Shown here: positions 13,411-24,083 of the stretch, piece after piece
Numbering within the stretch: the stretch's first letter is position 1
Layout: the number at the start of each line of letters is the position of its first letter
Notes under the pieces: model-generated
Told to the model about the DNA's origin: nothing
Databases searched by the model: none
The model's input: only the letters and a program-made list of their open reading frames with translations
Assembly: GCA_032718475.1 (NCBI GenBank)
Contig: JAUCBJ010000142.1
Span: forward strand, 1-52,364
Direction: 5' to 3'
DNA length: 52,364 nt
Source of the DNA: Nemertoderma westbladi
Taxonomy: Eukaryota; Animalia; Xenacoelomorpha
Position numbers and translations under genes: made by a program

Positions 13411-13978
13411 ACAGATGGTCAAAGGGTTTAACAGATTTATTTGCATTGTACGCTACTGTTAAAGGGACATCACGCTACTATATGTATTATTTAATATACG
13501 GTATGAGAGCAATATCGCACGAAGCAATGTCAGTGAGAAGAGGCAAGTCGTTTCCAAGGTCTACCCAGAGCTTGGTTTAGCCGAGACACGAGGATCTGAA
13601 TTTTGCATTCCTAATACTCTACTTACCAATAATACTTGAATATAGTAGGAGCTTTATTGTACTTTAATAAGTACGGATATTTCATCTTACTGTAGTCACG
13701 TATTTATAATGTAATACGGACAGTAAGGAAAGAGAAAAAGAATTATTTCTCGCCGTCGCACTAAATATATAATATATAAGTAATTAAGTAATAAACACTA
13801 ATATATATTGCACTAATCTACTAAATAATCGCTAAAATAACATTCTACCAAATAAAATTAAAGAAAACGATTACAATAAAATTACATAATAATACATACA
13901 TAAATATAAAATAATAAAAACAAATATAAAATAATATAGTCACACACCCACTCCAGACGCTGTTACGTTGGGGAGTCC

Positions 13979-15556
13979 CTAGATGTTTGTTAGATTAGGG
14001 AGGTGGTCGTGGGAAGAGTATCTTGCCTTCCATAGTTTCCGGACAGTTCTCGGTCTCGTTCCAGTAAACATAAACGACCAACTGGGCGATTGAGCTGCTG
14101 TGTCTCGAAGACAATTCCAGGTTTCCTCTTCGTCCTTCAAATACACGACGGCCTTACAAAGCCAATTCCAGGATCTATAGTGGTCCATCGCTCCCGGCAG
14201 GAGAGGTGAGAGTCCCGGCGAGACGTCTGGTGTTCCAGGTCTCCAGTCTCTCTCTCTGATCTCCACAACAGATCGGTTCGCGGTGGGGGAGTTTAGATCC
14301 ACAGCGTCGTCCCTGGCAATGTGTAGTACAGACAGATCTATCACGGGTTTAAATAACCTTGATTTACTCGTCCGGGTTTTAGGTTTGACTTTCGCCGCTC
14401 CCTTGGCTTGTCTAATCTCAGCCGTGGTAATATGGGAAGGCCATTCATCTTCTTTACTTAGGAAGTCGGGTCCACCTAACCAGTCTGGAGTATCTGTCAG
14501 TTCTTGAGGAGTTGCTCCTCTGGAAGCGATGTCGACTAGATTAATCGTCTCGGGGCAATGTCTCCATTGATCTACATTGGAGTTAATATTGTCATTATCT
14601 GAGGAGTATGGTGTTCCCTCAGTTGGGTCGTCTACCTCACTGCTCTCCGCTTCCCATTCGCTTACTTGGTATACCCGTTCTTTTGGTAACCTTTCTATGA
14701 GAGTTCTACGGGAAGGGCCAGTAAGGTACCAACCTACTCTAGTTCTTCCCGCATAGGCTTGTAGCGGTTGCGGTTGAGCAGGCCATTTCTCCAATGTCTC
14801 AAGCGCCTCATGCACATTTTGGCCGATGAGTATTTGCACTCCAGGGTAATCTATGTTGAATCTAGGTATATTAAGCTGCTGGGTGGAATCGTCCTCATCC
14901 CAGTTATAAGGTTCTACTTGGCTGGTAGCGAAGTTCTTTATCGCCACCATTTTTACTGACCTTATACTGTGTTCTCCTAGTTCATCCTGGGGGGTGGACA
15001 ACGCACCTACATAATAATCCGCTATTACTGTAGATTTCCAAACCTGCATAATTCCTGACATGTTTAACTTAGTTCGGAACTTGGGTTTTCCAGCAAAGAT
15101 GTCTTCGGCTAGTTCTTTGTCGATGAATGTTCCTGTGCTACCGGAGTCAAGGAGGGTGTTCACTGTATAACTCCTTTTAAGTCCGTGGACCCTTAACTGT
15201 ACTACTGGAAATTCTCGGATTCCTACATTGGAAGTTGGTGCTTTCCAAGATGGTTGTCGGTCAGAAGTAGTTAGGGGGAGCTCGATGTCGGTGGCCTTTT
15301 CATACGTAAGTGCTCGATACACTGCGGTATTTATCAGGTAACAGGATTCGTTTTCGTCGGAGAATTCGTCCGTATAGAATCCTTCCATCTCAGAACTTTG
15401 GTCAGTGTCGTTCACATCACTGAATTGGACATGTAGTTCGGACTCACTTACCTGATTCGGGCTGTTTCGATCGAATTCAGTGTGCAACAAGATATGATGT
15501 TTTACGCCGCACTTTGCACACCTTGCGTCGGAGTAACAGGTTCGCCGTTGGTGTCC
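13979..15556 (-). CDS. Truncated BEL/Pao pol: end of the zinc knuckles, aspartic protease, fused in frame to the RNase H C-terminal segment; no RT or integrase
   Basis: Same frame as gag beyond the TGA at 15557-15559. Contains GHQRRTC..CAKCGVKHHILLH, LLDSGSTGTFI, ILIG and RTRVGW, then QWRHCPETINLVDIASRG..WLGGPDFL..WP. No YVDD motif and no integrase motifs. Confidence 0.85.
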   Translation of the reverse strand, partial: GHQRRTCYSDARCAKCGVKHHILLHTEFDRNSPNQVSESELHVQFSDVNDTDQSSEMEGFYTDEFSDENESCYLINTAVYRALTYEKATDIELPLTTSDRQPSWKAPTSNVGIREFPVVQLRVHGLKRSYTVNTLLDSGSTGTFIDKELAEDIFAGKPKFRTKLNMSGIMQVWKSTVIADYYVGALSTPQDELGEHSIRSVKMVAIKNFATSQVEPYNWDEDDSTQQLNIPRFNIDYPGVQILIGQNVHEALETLEKWPAQPQPLQAYAGRTRVGWYLTGPSRRTLIERLPKERVYQVSEWEAESSEVDDPTEGTPYSSDNDNINSNVDQWRHCPETINLVDIASRGATPQELTDTPDWLGGPDFLSKEDEWPSHITTAEIRQAKGAAKVKPKTRTSKSRLFKPVIDLSVLHIARDDAVDLNSPTANRSVVEIRERDWRPGTPDVSPGLSPLLPGAMDHYRSWNWLCKAVVYLKDEEETWNCLRDTAAQSPSWSFMFTGTRPRTVRKLWKARYSSHDHLPNLTNI

Positions 15557-18364
15557 TCATCTGAGGCAATTATAACACAACCGCTTATCCCACATGACTT
15601 CACGTCTGTCCTTTAGTGATTTCCTCAGGAATTCATCACACGCACTTAAACGGTGGGGCCCGTCACACAGCACACATTTTGGTTTGATGTTACTTACCTT
15701 ACTTTGGGTAACGTTGTGCACACTCGTTCTTTCCTCGGGCTTTATTACATGAATTCTCTTAGGAGACGTAGGAGGAGTTTTTCTTACCTGTTCTCTCCTG
15801 TCATTGGTTCGCGACTTGAATTTACTTACGTCCTTAGGCGCTTTGTTGTCATAGTAAGATCTTTCAGTGTCTTTCCCGCTGTCTTCCTCTTGAGAAGCCT
15901 GGCTTTCGCCGCCGTCTGTATAACACACTGGTATTACCTTTCTCCTAGAAACGGGTTTCTCACTTACCTTATTTTCCGGTGTCTTCTCTCTGGACTGCTT
16001 TAGAAGCTGTAATTTTACCTCTCCATCTAAGAATGACATGAGATCAGCCATGGTAGGATCTCTTTGTTGTTGTTCCGTCATATATAACACTTTCTTGTCC
16101 CAGCGTGTACCTACTCCACCCTTGGGCAAAGTAGATGCTAAGGCTCCTACAACCATAGAATTCTGGTATTCATGAGACTTACCTAGCCAATCTAATTGTC
16201 TACAGATCTCCTGAATCTCATCGGAAAACTCTATAATCCCGCTGCTAAGAAACTTTCGGGGCGCCATTAATTTCGCATATAAATACCTAGCTATGTTAGT
16301 CCTATTACCATACCTGATGTTTAGTGTATCCCAAACTTGTCTTAATCCATCTGGATGTCCAATAAACTTTAACGCCATTAACTTGGGAGATCCTTCCAAG
16401 CACTCAATGAGGAATCTAAGTTTCTCTCCGTTAGATAGCACAGAGTTCTGTATGTTATCTTTGTAATATTCATTAAAAGGTAACCATTTCATCTCATCTC
16501 CATTGAACTTGACTATCTCTCCCACCTTTACCGCTTGACGGGCTTCGGTTCTAGCCATTTGACGCGTAAAACTTTCTTGGGCCATCGTGTTATTTAATAT
16601 CGAGTTATCGGTATATAAATTTCTCGGATTATTATCAAGTCTATATGGGATATCATTGTCAACAGGTTTATAATTACCCTTAATAGGGTTTACTATAGGA
16701 GTTTCCACTTCGCTAGCAGTATAGATGCGTGTAGGCTCCACACCTTGCGCATGAAATACTTCAGACCTAACAGGTTGACACATTGTTACAGGGGGTGGTG
16801 GTATACCCTTTTGTGTATTTACTAATTTATCGCGTTCTAACGCGATACTTTGCTGCACTTCTTGCAACTCTAACCTACTCTCTCTAATTGTTCCCTTTAA
16901 CTGCTGCACAGTCCCCTCCATCTCCTGGACTTGCTGAGAGGAGCGGGAACGGTGTTCCCTCAGCTGCCCGAGCAGGAGACCCATCTCCCGTCGTCCCTCA
17001 TCTACCCACTCGACCGCCGAAGCGGGAGGCACCAACGTTGTAGCGGGCGGACGAGGGACAATGGGCGACAAATCATTAATATTTCGCTCGGAGTCCAGGA
17101 CATGAATATTTTCAAGGGTGGTTCCGTGGGGCACAGGTAGCTTAGTGCTGTGCAGAGGGAATTTAGAGGTAGGTTCAGGGAGTACAGGTGTCTCTATCAC
17201 CGAAGGGGTGGCTTCGAGAACAGGCCTAATTATTTCAGGCTCATCTACTATAGTAGGGAGTCTTTCTATTTTAATTATTTGGTCTGTGGGTTCTGTACTA
17301 CCTAAGTTTGTGTTAGTTAGTTGCCTTCTAACAGCTGGGGGCAAATCAGGCAATTTCTGACGGTGGGACATTCTTCTACGTCTGCCTAGACGAGATCTAT
17401 TTCCTCCGCCTTCAGGATCGGTGGTATCGCCTTCCTCAGATGATGTATATCCCTGTCTTTTGGGAGTTGATCGACTCATCATCTGCATTTGACTAGCTGT
17501 TAACTGTTTATTTATGCAGTCTTGATTCTCCTGAATGTTTTCCAATTCTAGTTGGGTGGTTTCTTCAGACGCTCTCCGTTCTGCTTCTGCCACTGCCTCT
17601 GCCGCTGCCACTGCCGCCTTTCTTTCCGCTTCGGCCGCTGCCGTTACTGCCTTTCTTTCCGCTTCTGCCTCTGCCGCTGCCGCTGCCGCTGCCGCTTTTC
17701 TTTCCGCTCCTGCCGCTGCCACTGCTGCTGCCACTGCCGCTGTCTTTCTGTCTTCTATACGTTTTTTCTTTACTTGTTCTTCTTGGACTCTAGCGATGCG
17801 GAGGCGTTCATCAAATTTAGCTTGGTTCGCAGCTCTCATATCCGCATCGATTGCGTCCAACACAAGCTTGGCTCCTTCACTATTAGGGCTAAGTCCTTCC
17901 AGCCTTCTCCTCAACTCTTCATCACCTATAAAGCGTTGATAGTCTGACAGATAGATGTCAATAGCATCCCTCTTATGCGGTTTCTCTGCTGTCGCTTCAC
18001 TTTCCACTTGGGAAAAGGTGGCGTCTGTTGATTCTCCAAGGGTTGAGCGCTCATCTAACTGAGATTTCCACGGGGCAGTTCTTTGAACTTGGAGACTCAC
18101 CCGCTGTAACCAAGTCTTTACGGCAACTTGCAACGACGTGTCTTGTCTTCTTTTCGAAGCCTCCTCAAAGGCCGATAGGATTAGTCTGATTCTTAGAATT
18201 CTTTCTCGAACTTGATAAAGCAGCTCTCTCTGCTCTTGAGGTCCTTGTGGTTGTCTAAACAATTGTTCCTCTAATCGCTCCATGGAGCTGAAGAATCCCT
18301 GTACGTATCCGGCTGCTGACCTCTTCCACACAGCTGGATCGCTGGTTTCCTTTGTCACTCCCAT
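15557..18364 (-). CDS. gag: BEL/Pao Gag (935 aa), stopped inside the second zinc knuckle
   Basis: KFNGDEMKWLPF..EKLRFLIECLEG..L..RYG (DUF1759-like), CVLCDGPHRLSAC and LCYNCLR knuckles, N-terminal coiled-coil and Ala-rich repeats. Confidence 0.9.
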   Translation of the reverse strand: MGVTKETSDPAVWKRSAAGYVQGFFSSMERLEEQLFRQPQGPQEQRELLYQVRERILRIRLILSAFEEASKRRQDTSLQVAVKTWLQRVSLQVQRTAPWKSQLDERSTLGESTDATFSQVESEATAEKPHKRDAIDIYLSDYQRFIGDEELRRRLEGLSPNSEGAKLVLDAIDADMRAANQAKFDERLRIARVQEEQVKKKRIEDRKTAAVAAAVAAAGAERKAAAAAAAAEAEAERKAVTAAAEAERKAAVAAAEAVAEAERRASEETTQLELENIQENQDCINKQLTASQMQMMSRSTPKRQGYTSSEEGDTTDPEGGGNRSRLGRRRRMSHRQKLPDLPPAVRRQLTNTNLGSTEPTDQIIKIERLPTIVDEPEIIRPVLEATPSVIETPVLPEPTSKFPLHSTKLPVPHGTTLENIHVLDSERNINDLSPIVPRPPATTLVPPASAVEWVDEGRREMGLLLGQLREHRSRSSQQVQEMEGTVQQLKGTIRESRLELQEVQQSIALERDKLVNTQKGIPPPPVTMCQPVRSEVFHAQGVEPTRIYTASEVETPIVNPIKGNYKPVDNDIPYRLDNNPRNLYTDNSILNNTMAQESFTRQMARTEARQAVKVGEIVKFNGDEMKWLPFNEYYKDNIQNSVLSNGEKLRFLIECLEGSPKLMALKFIGHPDGLRQVWDTLNIRYGNRTNIARYLYAKLMAPRKFLSSGIIEFSDEIQEICRQLDWLGKSHEYQNSMVVGALASTLPKGGVGTRWDKKVLYMTEQQQRDPTMADLMSFLDGEVKLQLLKQSREKTPENKVSEKPVSRRKVIPVCYTDGGESQASQEEDSGKDTERSYYDNKAPKDVSKFKSRTNDRREQVRKTPPTSPKRIHVIKPEERTSVHNVTQSKVSNIKPKCVLCDGPHRLSACDEFLRKSLKDRREVMWDKRLCYNCLR

Positions 18365-18918
18365 CCGTGTATGTCTTCCCAGGCAGCTTCCGATAAGTCA
18401 AACGGAAGTCTGGGTCCGGGGAAGTTCCATTGCGACTCGACAATAGACTTCAGTTCTTCCCTTGTATATCCCGCATAACTATCCTTGGTCGATCGCTTAC
18501 TTCTCACCCAATCAATCTGGTGTTCCTCCACCGCAATCAATACCCTAGTGAGTACGGCTGCAGGAAGGATGAGAAGGGGATCCGAATAAACCGCATCTGT
18601 CATCTTTGCTCCGTGCTCGGGTGTCAGCTCTACAGTATCCTCACTACTGGAGCTGCCGGGCCGCTGAGAAATAAGTTCTCGGCTCGCGGGTTGTTGCTGT
18701 TCCGCTGCTTCTTGGTCCCGCTTGACCTGAGCTCGAGTTCCTATGATAGACCTACAATGTTGGACTAGCCTAGGGTCTGATATTACTACTGGAGGGATGA
18801 TCTTTCTTACAGTAGGAGGTGAATTGAACTTCGGTCTCACACGTTCCACACTCCTGTCCGGGTCACAGATGGTTGTATCTAGGAGACTGTCTGACAGGTT
18901 TTGCTTTGTGTCAGACAT
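18355..18918 (-). CDS. 187-aa ORF upstream of gag (separate ORF or frameshifted Gag N-terminus)
   Basis: ATG-initiated and on the same strand. Its TGA overlaps the gag ATG region (ATGGGAGTGA). Confidence 0.55.
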   Translation of the reverse strand: MSDTKQNLSDSLLDTTICDPDRSVERVRPKFNSPPTVRKIIPPVVISDPRLVQHCRSIIGTRAQVKRDQEAAEQQQPASRELISQRPGSSSSEDTVELTPEHGAKMTDAVYSDPLLILPAAVLTRVLIAVEEHQIDWVRSKRSTKDSYAGYTREELKSIVESQWNFPGPRLPFDLSEAAWEDIHGWE

Positions 18919-19029
18919 GTTTGTTTATACAGTTGAATGCCTACTGCTCTATTACAGTTTAAGCATGTCTAGTAATTCAGTATCACTGTTAGCCTAGTAA
19001 TTAATTACCGATACTGCTACTCAGTGTAG

Positions 19030-19300
19030 CGTAATATATATATAATATATTAGAATACCGGTATGCTTATAGTATATATATAAGTATTATTACAGACTAG
19101 ATTTGTCACAGAATACCGGTATGTAATTTCAGCACAAGTATATATAAATATATAATAGGCCTTTCGTGAATACCGGTATACAGCTTGCACTTATAGTATA
19201 TATAAGTATAATTATGGACTAGAATTAATTACAGAATACCGGTATAATTTCAGCCTTAATTTATAGAAATAAATATAATAAGCCTATTGTAAATACCGGT
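19030..19300. repeat. Degenerate ~60-bp repeats with an AATACCGGTA core in the element 5' UTR
   Basis: Core recurs at about 19053, 19111, 19168, 19233 and 19292. Confidence 0.7.
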
Positions 19301-20249
19301 ACGTCAATTATTTTAGAATAATTGAATTTCTGAATTTTAGGGGTTACTTGGTTACTTTAACTTACTTTATTACCGTTATTTAAGCAGTAGTCCAACTGAT
19401 ATTGAGACCTAATTGTTGTATGGCAGGCCTACTATTTTATAAATCGGTTTGAGTTGATTTATAATATATATACCGGTTTTAATGGGTTTTGTCAATATTT
19501 GAAATAAATGTTATTATTTCTGGGAAAGAGTCACTACACAGAAGCTGTGCGCTCTCAGTGAAGTGCTACTTGTTGGACACTAAAACAAATAATTCTAATT
19601 TACCTAAGTTACATAATACTACAAATTACATACAATTCGGGGTGAGATTACAATCTCTAAATAAACACGAAAAATTACACGTACTAATTTTTAGGGTAAT
19701 TTTACAAGAAGTCTACAAACCAGCCTAACAAAGGGTTAGATTGTCTGGTTATTACAACGGACAGGGTACTACGGTATTTGAAAATAATAAGTAGTAGTAA
19801 ATATATTGCGTTGTCCAGATAGGAAAAATACCACCGTCTGACGACTTATAGCCATATCGCTATAAGTACTACGTTATGTATCACGGAGTGTTCCTACCTA
19901 GAAGTTAATTACCGCGGTCTACCAGAACCAACGTGCCTATTAACCACTTTACAACACAAATATACTGCCTACACACTAATTACCTTCGGAAAGCACTGTA
20001 CACTAAACCCTAAATTAGGTACAAGTACTTATACAACAAATAATCAGTAGTTAAAATACTTGAACAGCTAAAAGAACCACGGTATCTGCTGGAGTGACCG
20101 GGGCACAAAATCACCAGTCTTTACCTACGCCAAGCAGCCCTGATGTAGTACCGGGGTTGGTTTAACTATAACGGTATATATAACAAGCACAATTACTGTA
20201 GGAATAAACTTGGGGATATGAATGTTGCGAATAATCGCATAAACTCTGA

Positions 20250-20827
20250 ATAATAAATATTACACTACGCGTACAGACTACTCAAACAAAATGCAGACCA
20301 AATACTGACAGACTACTATCAAGCCTAAACAAACTACGGTATATGCAGACTCCGAAATGGTTAGTTAGTATGCGTTCTAACCGAGTAGTACGACTTATTC
20401 TTTCGAGGGGGTTTACCTCACAGCACTGGAAGCCCCTACGTTCCCAACTGGCACTTTATCGGACATACACTCTACATACACCGCAATCTCTTCAAACCTA
20501 ACAACAGCTAGGCAACAATCCAGCCTACAAATTATCTAAATAAGAAATATTACGCTACCCGTACAAACTACACAAACAAAATACAGACCAAACGCTGGCA
20601 GACTACTATCAAGCCTAAACAAACTACAGTATATGCAGACTCCGAAATGATTAGTTAGTATGCGTTCTAACCGAGTAGTACGACTTATTCTTTCGAGGGG
20701 GTTTACCTCACAGCACTGGAAGCCCCTACTTTCCTAACTAGTAATTTATCGGACATACACTCCACACACACCGCAATCTCTTCAGACTTAACAACAGTCA
20801 GACAACAGTCCAGCCTACAAATTATCT
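20250..20827. repeat. 290-bp tandem duplication in the element 5' UTR
   Basis: 20341 onward matches 20631 onward (ATATGCAGACTCCGAAATG.TTAGTTAG..) with scattered substitutions. Confidence 0.9.
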
Positions 20828-21148
20828 GTACAATCTGAGCAGGCTTACATGCCTTCTGCTCAATATTGGCCTACAAATAAATAAAACCTGACAGAAATAA
20901 GTAAAATCTCAATAAAAAACCAGGGCGGGCCATCCCTGATTTAATATTAAGGCCTACCGGTATACAATATCAAAATCGAATAATACTGCTGTACCTGTAC
21001 TGCTGTAAGTACCGGTCCGGGTGGTTAGGTAGTCAAGCCTACTGGGTACCGGTTGGCCGGTACTTCAGCTTTATTGCCTACGTTGCAATAAAGAAGCAAT
21101 ATCTGTTATTGTTCTTACCAGAACAATAGACAACTATATTTCAGAAGT

Positions 21149-21160
21149 TATATCTGTTAT
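21149..21160 (-). promoter_or_regulatory. PBS-position 12-mer ATAACAGATATA, complementary to an LTR-internal sequence (candidate self-priming site)
   Basis: Abuts the CA end of the 5' LTR and lacks the TGG start of tRNA PBSs. It is the exact reverse complement of 21863-21874 and 5294-5305. Confidence 0.6.
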
Positions 21161-22380
21161 TGTTCGCGCTTTTAGACCTTTAGCAGTTTAACCTGCCAAA
21201 TTTGGATGTCTTCTAGATAATAAATCGACTTTAGCCTATGACGAGTATTTGATACACTACATTAGCCGAAGCCAGTCTATGCGCGACCATTCACCCGCTG
21301 GATATACCCGGGAGACTGGATTCGGAAGCCTAATCTTATTGCGGTGTAGGCCTACTGTATTATTCGACTGATCGTAATATATAATCTCTGACAAATATTA
21401 TTCACTTTCGGGAAATATTAACAGTTCCTTTAGGACGTGGCGCTCTAAATATGTAAACAGAGTTATGACTTAAACTAGACACAACGGGATGGCTATAGAT
21501 TCACGTATATGGCGCATTCTTTAGGAGATGCTTTGTTATCAGTCACAATACTGCACAATGCTGCACACCGATCTGCCGACCTTCACTAATTTTAGTCACA
21601 TATAAAGAGAACAACAACCAATACATGTAGTGCCTATGAAATAGCATTAGATTCACTTCAAAACCACTTTAATGTAAGTCGCAATCGTTATATGTAACCG
21701 GTCTCTCTTACCTTCAGTATATCAAGAAGATTGAGGGTTTTGTAATTATTTATCGATATTCCAAATATAATAATATTCCATCAACTGATATAATGAATAA
21801 CCGACAGTAAATAGCAGTAAAAATGCGGTGTTTGTAGTTGACAATATGATTAGGTGAGTGAGATAACAGATATACGTTTCTATGATTAAGCCTACTAATG
21901 TTGGGCTAAAGCTTTAAAATATAGTAATTCCAAAGCCGGTCTTCTAGGCTCGGAAAAAACCAACACAACTGATCCCTCTGGGCTGTTGTAGGTATCTTTC
22001 AACACAAAGAGAAACAGCTCTCATTGGCCGAGTTCCAGATTCTGTAGGTTCCACGAATGTCTAAATGCCGAACTATTCGGGTTTTTGCAGCCCATATTCA
22101 ACACAAGGCGAAATCGCTCTGATTGGTGGATCATTGTTCTGATTGGTTGATCGAACAGAACAAAGAGCCTATAGGCGTACAGCAAATCGGTTGGTAGATT
22201 GCGTCATTTGAGTTAGGTAGTTTAGAGTATTTGAGCGCATTGTGGGAAAACTGGCTTTTTATGTCCGCTAAAGCACACATGCAGACACAGCGGATAAATC
22301 GCTAGTTATGTCCTCTAAAAACACCTTACACAGTACATTGCGGAGAAAAGGGCCAGTTATATCCCGCAAAAGCTTTTACA
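21161..22380 (-). repeat. 5' LTR (1220 bp)
   Basis: Element strand reads TGTAAAAGC..GCGCGAACA. Near-identical to 4582-5811. Confidence 0.97.
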
Positions 22381-23165
22381 TCCCTGTAACCTAAAATCAA
22401 CATCAACCCCCTTAGTTGTATTATCTTTATGCTAAGTGTTATTTACTAATAATATATTTATCAATTATTATTAATTCCACAAAGCCAATTAAGGTTATAA
22501 GGGGAGAGGTAGGGTAAAAATTGAACTTATGGCTCACCAACACCAAAATTAAGAATAATGCACAATTACAGCACAGAACGATGAATAATGCACAGAACCT
22601 AAATTAAGTCAATAACGGGGAAAAATGTATATGCAAAAGTTATAAAGCGATCTCCTATTATTTATTATTAGTAGTACCAGTTGACCAACAAGACCAGTTT
22701 ATTTATATAGCAGCACGATCATTAGAGACACTTAGGGAAGTGCTGCGGCATCGAATAGCATTTAACAACAAATGATGGCAATAATATGGGGCAAAATATT
22801 CCTATCTTTTACTTTTATATAGGGGGAAACAAGAAGGAAGTGGTACTCATCTTCTAAAGCAACTAGATTGTATAAGGTGGACTTACGTTGTTCACGAGGA
22901 ATGTTATACCAACGACCATATTGAATACCCAGACTATGGGACGAGTATCTGATCCTTGAAATTAAAGTCGAAGAGAATTAAGGTACCCTTCCGCACGGTA
23001 GCAATATTTAACATACGGTGAGTAACCCTTTAGGTGAGTCTCTTATTAATTGCCCTCACCATTGTTGAATATGAGCAACCCAATTAACTCGGCCGGGCCC
23101 CGGCTGGGCCCTCATCTATAGAATTCAACTGGAGCATGTAGGCCTGTTTGAGTAGACGACTAGAA

Positions 23166-23440
23166 TTACATTTGATAATTTTTTAACCAGAACTTTATTA
23201 TTCTAAACTTCACTTCGACGAATAGCGAGAAGATCCCTGTTTCCAGATAGACCATGAAGTTCCGTGTTGAAGATTTAACCCTCAAAAATCGTTTAAGGAA
23301 CTTAAGTTGGATTCGTTCAATCTCATCTCCAGCGTATTCATGAAACCCCAAATCTCACATCCATATAAAAGGATTGGTTTAATCAGTGACTCGAATAGGT
23401 TATAGGCTAAGTTAAACTCGATGTTCGGGAACTTCAGAAG
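23166..23440 (-). pseudogene. Non-LTR retrotransposon fragment (region C-terminal to RT)
   Basis: FESLIKPILLYGCEIWG..IERIQLKFLKRFLRVKSSTRNFMVYLETG..RIIKFW, typical of the LINE ORF2 post-RT region. Confidence 0.7.
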
Positions 23441-24083
23441 GAAAAATACGAAAAATACATTTAAGAAGAATGGCTTGAAATTGTACTGAATTTTACATCA
23501 TGGCCCTCAATAACACAACCATAAAACTACAGTATGAAATAACATTGTTAAAGTCATGCCGAAATTACTGAGTAAAGGTTGGCATTTTGTAGTTTACACA
23601 GGAGATCAAAGCCTAAAGTATTAATCTCTGGGAATTAACTTAAATCCAATTACTGTGATAGTGAAGCCCTTATTATCTGAATTCGTTTCGTATTTCCAGG
23701 ATTTTAATTATAAGGTTAGTATTATTATAGGCTTCGTATTTCACTTGTTGTATACCTGAACCTGTGCAGTGATTTACAATTCCACCCACTTCACCGCAGA
23801 CCCATTTCGACACCATCAATTTAAATGATAATATTCCAAATTTCGACGAATTGTAAAGCTGACTAACATCCATTTCTCTAATAATAAAGGAATAGTCGAT
23901 CCAAGATTCTAGAAAACGATTTATATTGAGCAGACGTGATCAGAAGGTAGACAATAGGAAAGAGATAAATAATAATTTTACGTTTCTTTCTACAATTCTT
24001 GGCCATCCCCTCCTTCAAACCCATATTTATGATTTATTAAAATTTGGAATGTTTACTACTACTACTACTAGTGAAATTCAGTA

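Larger units (their letters stand above)
4582..22380 (-). mobile_element. Non-autonomous BEL/Pao-type LTR retrotransposon, 17.8 kb including a 5.1-kb nested insertion
   Basis: Two direct TG..CA LTRs. Imperfect 5-bp TSD TCCCC (4577-4581) / TCCCT (22381-22385). Gag with a DUF1759-like region and triple zinc knuckle, DSG protease, Pao RNase H C-terminal motif, and a PPT next to the left LTR. Confidence 0.93.

Noticed and set aside
17535-17947. Ala-rich and Cys-Arg-rich plus-strand ORFs
   Set aside because: Antisense shadows of the Ala-rich repeat in gag.
21110-21125. TGGTAAGAAC as a tRNA PBS
   Set aside because: It lies about 40 nt from the LTR edge and I cannot match it to a tRNA 3' end. A tRNA search would settle this.
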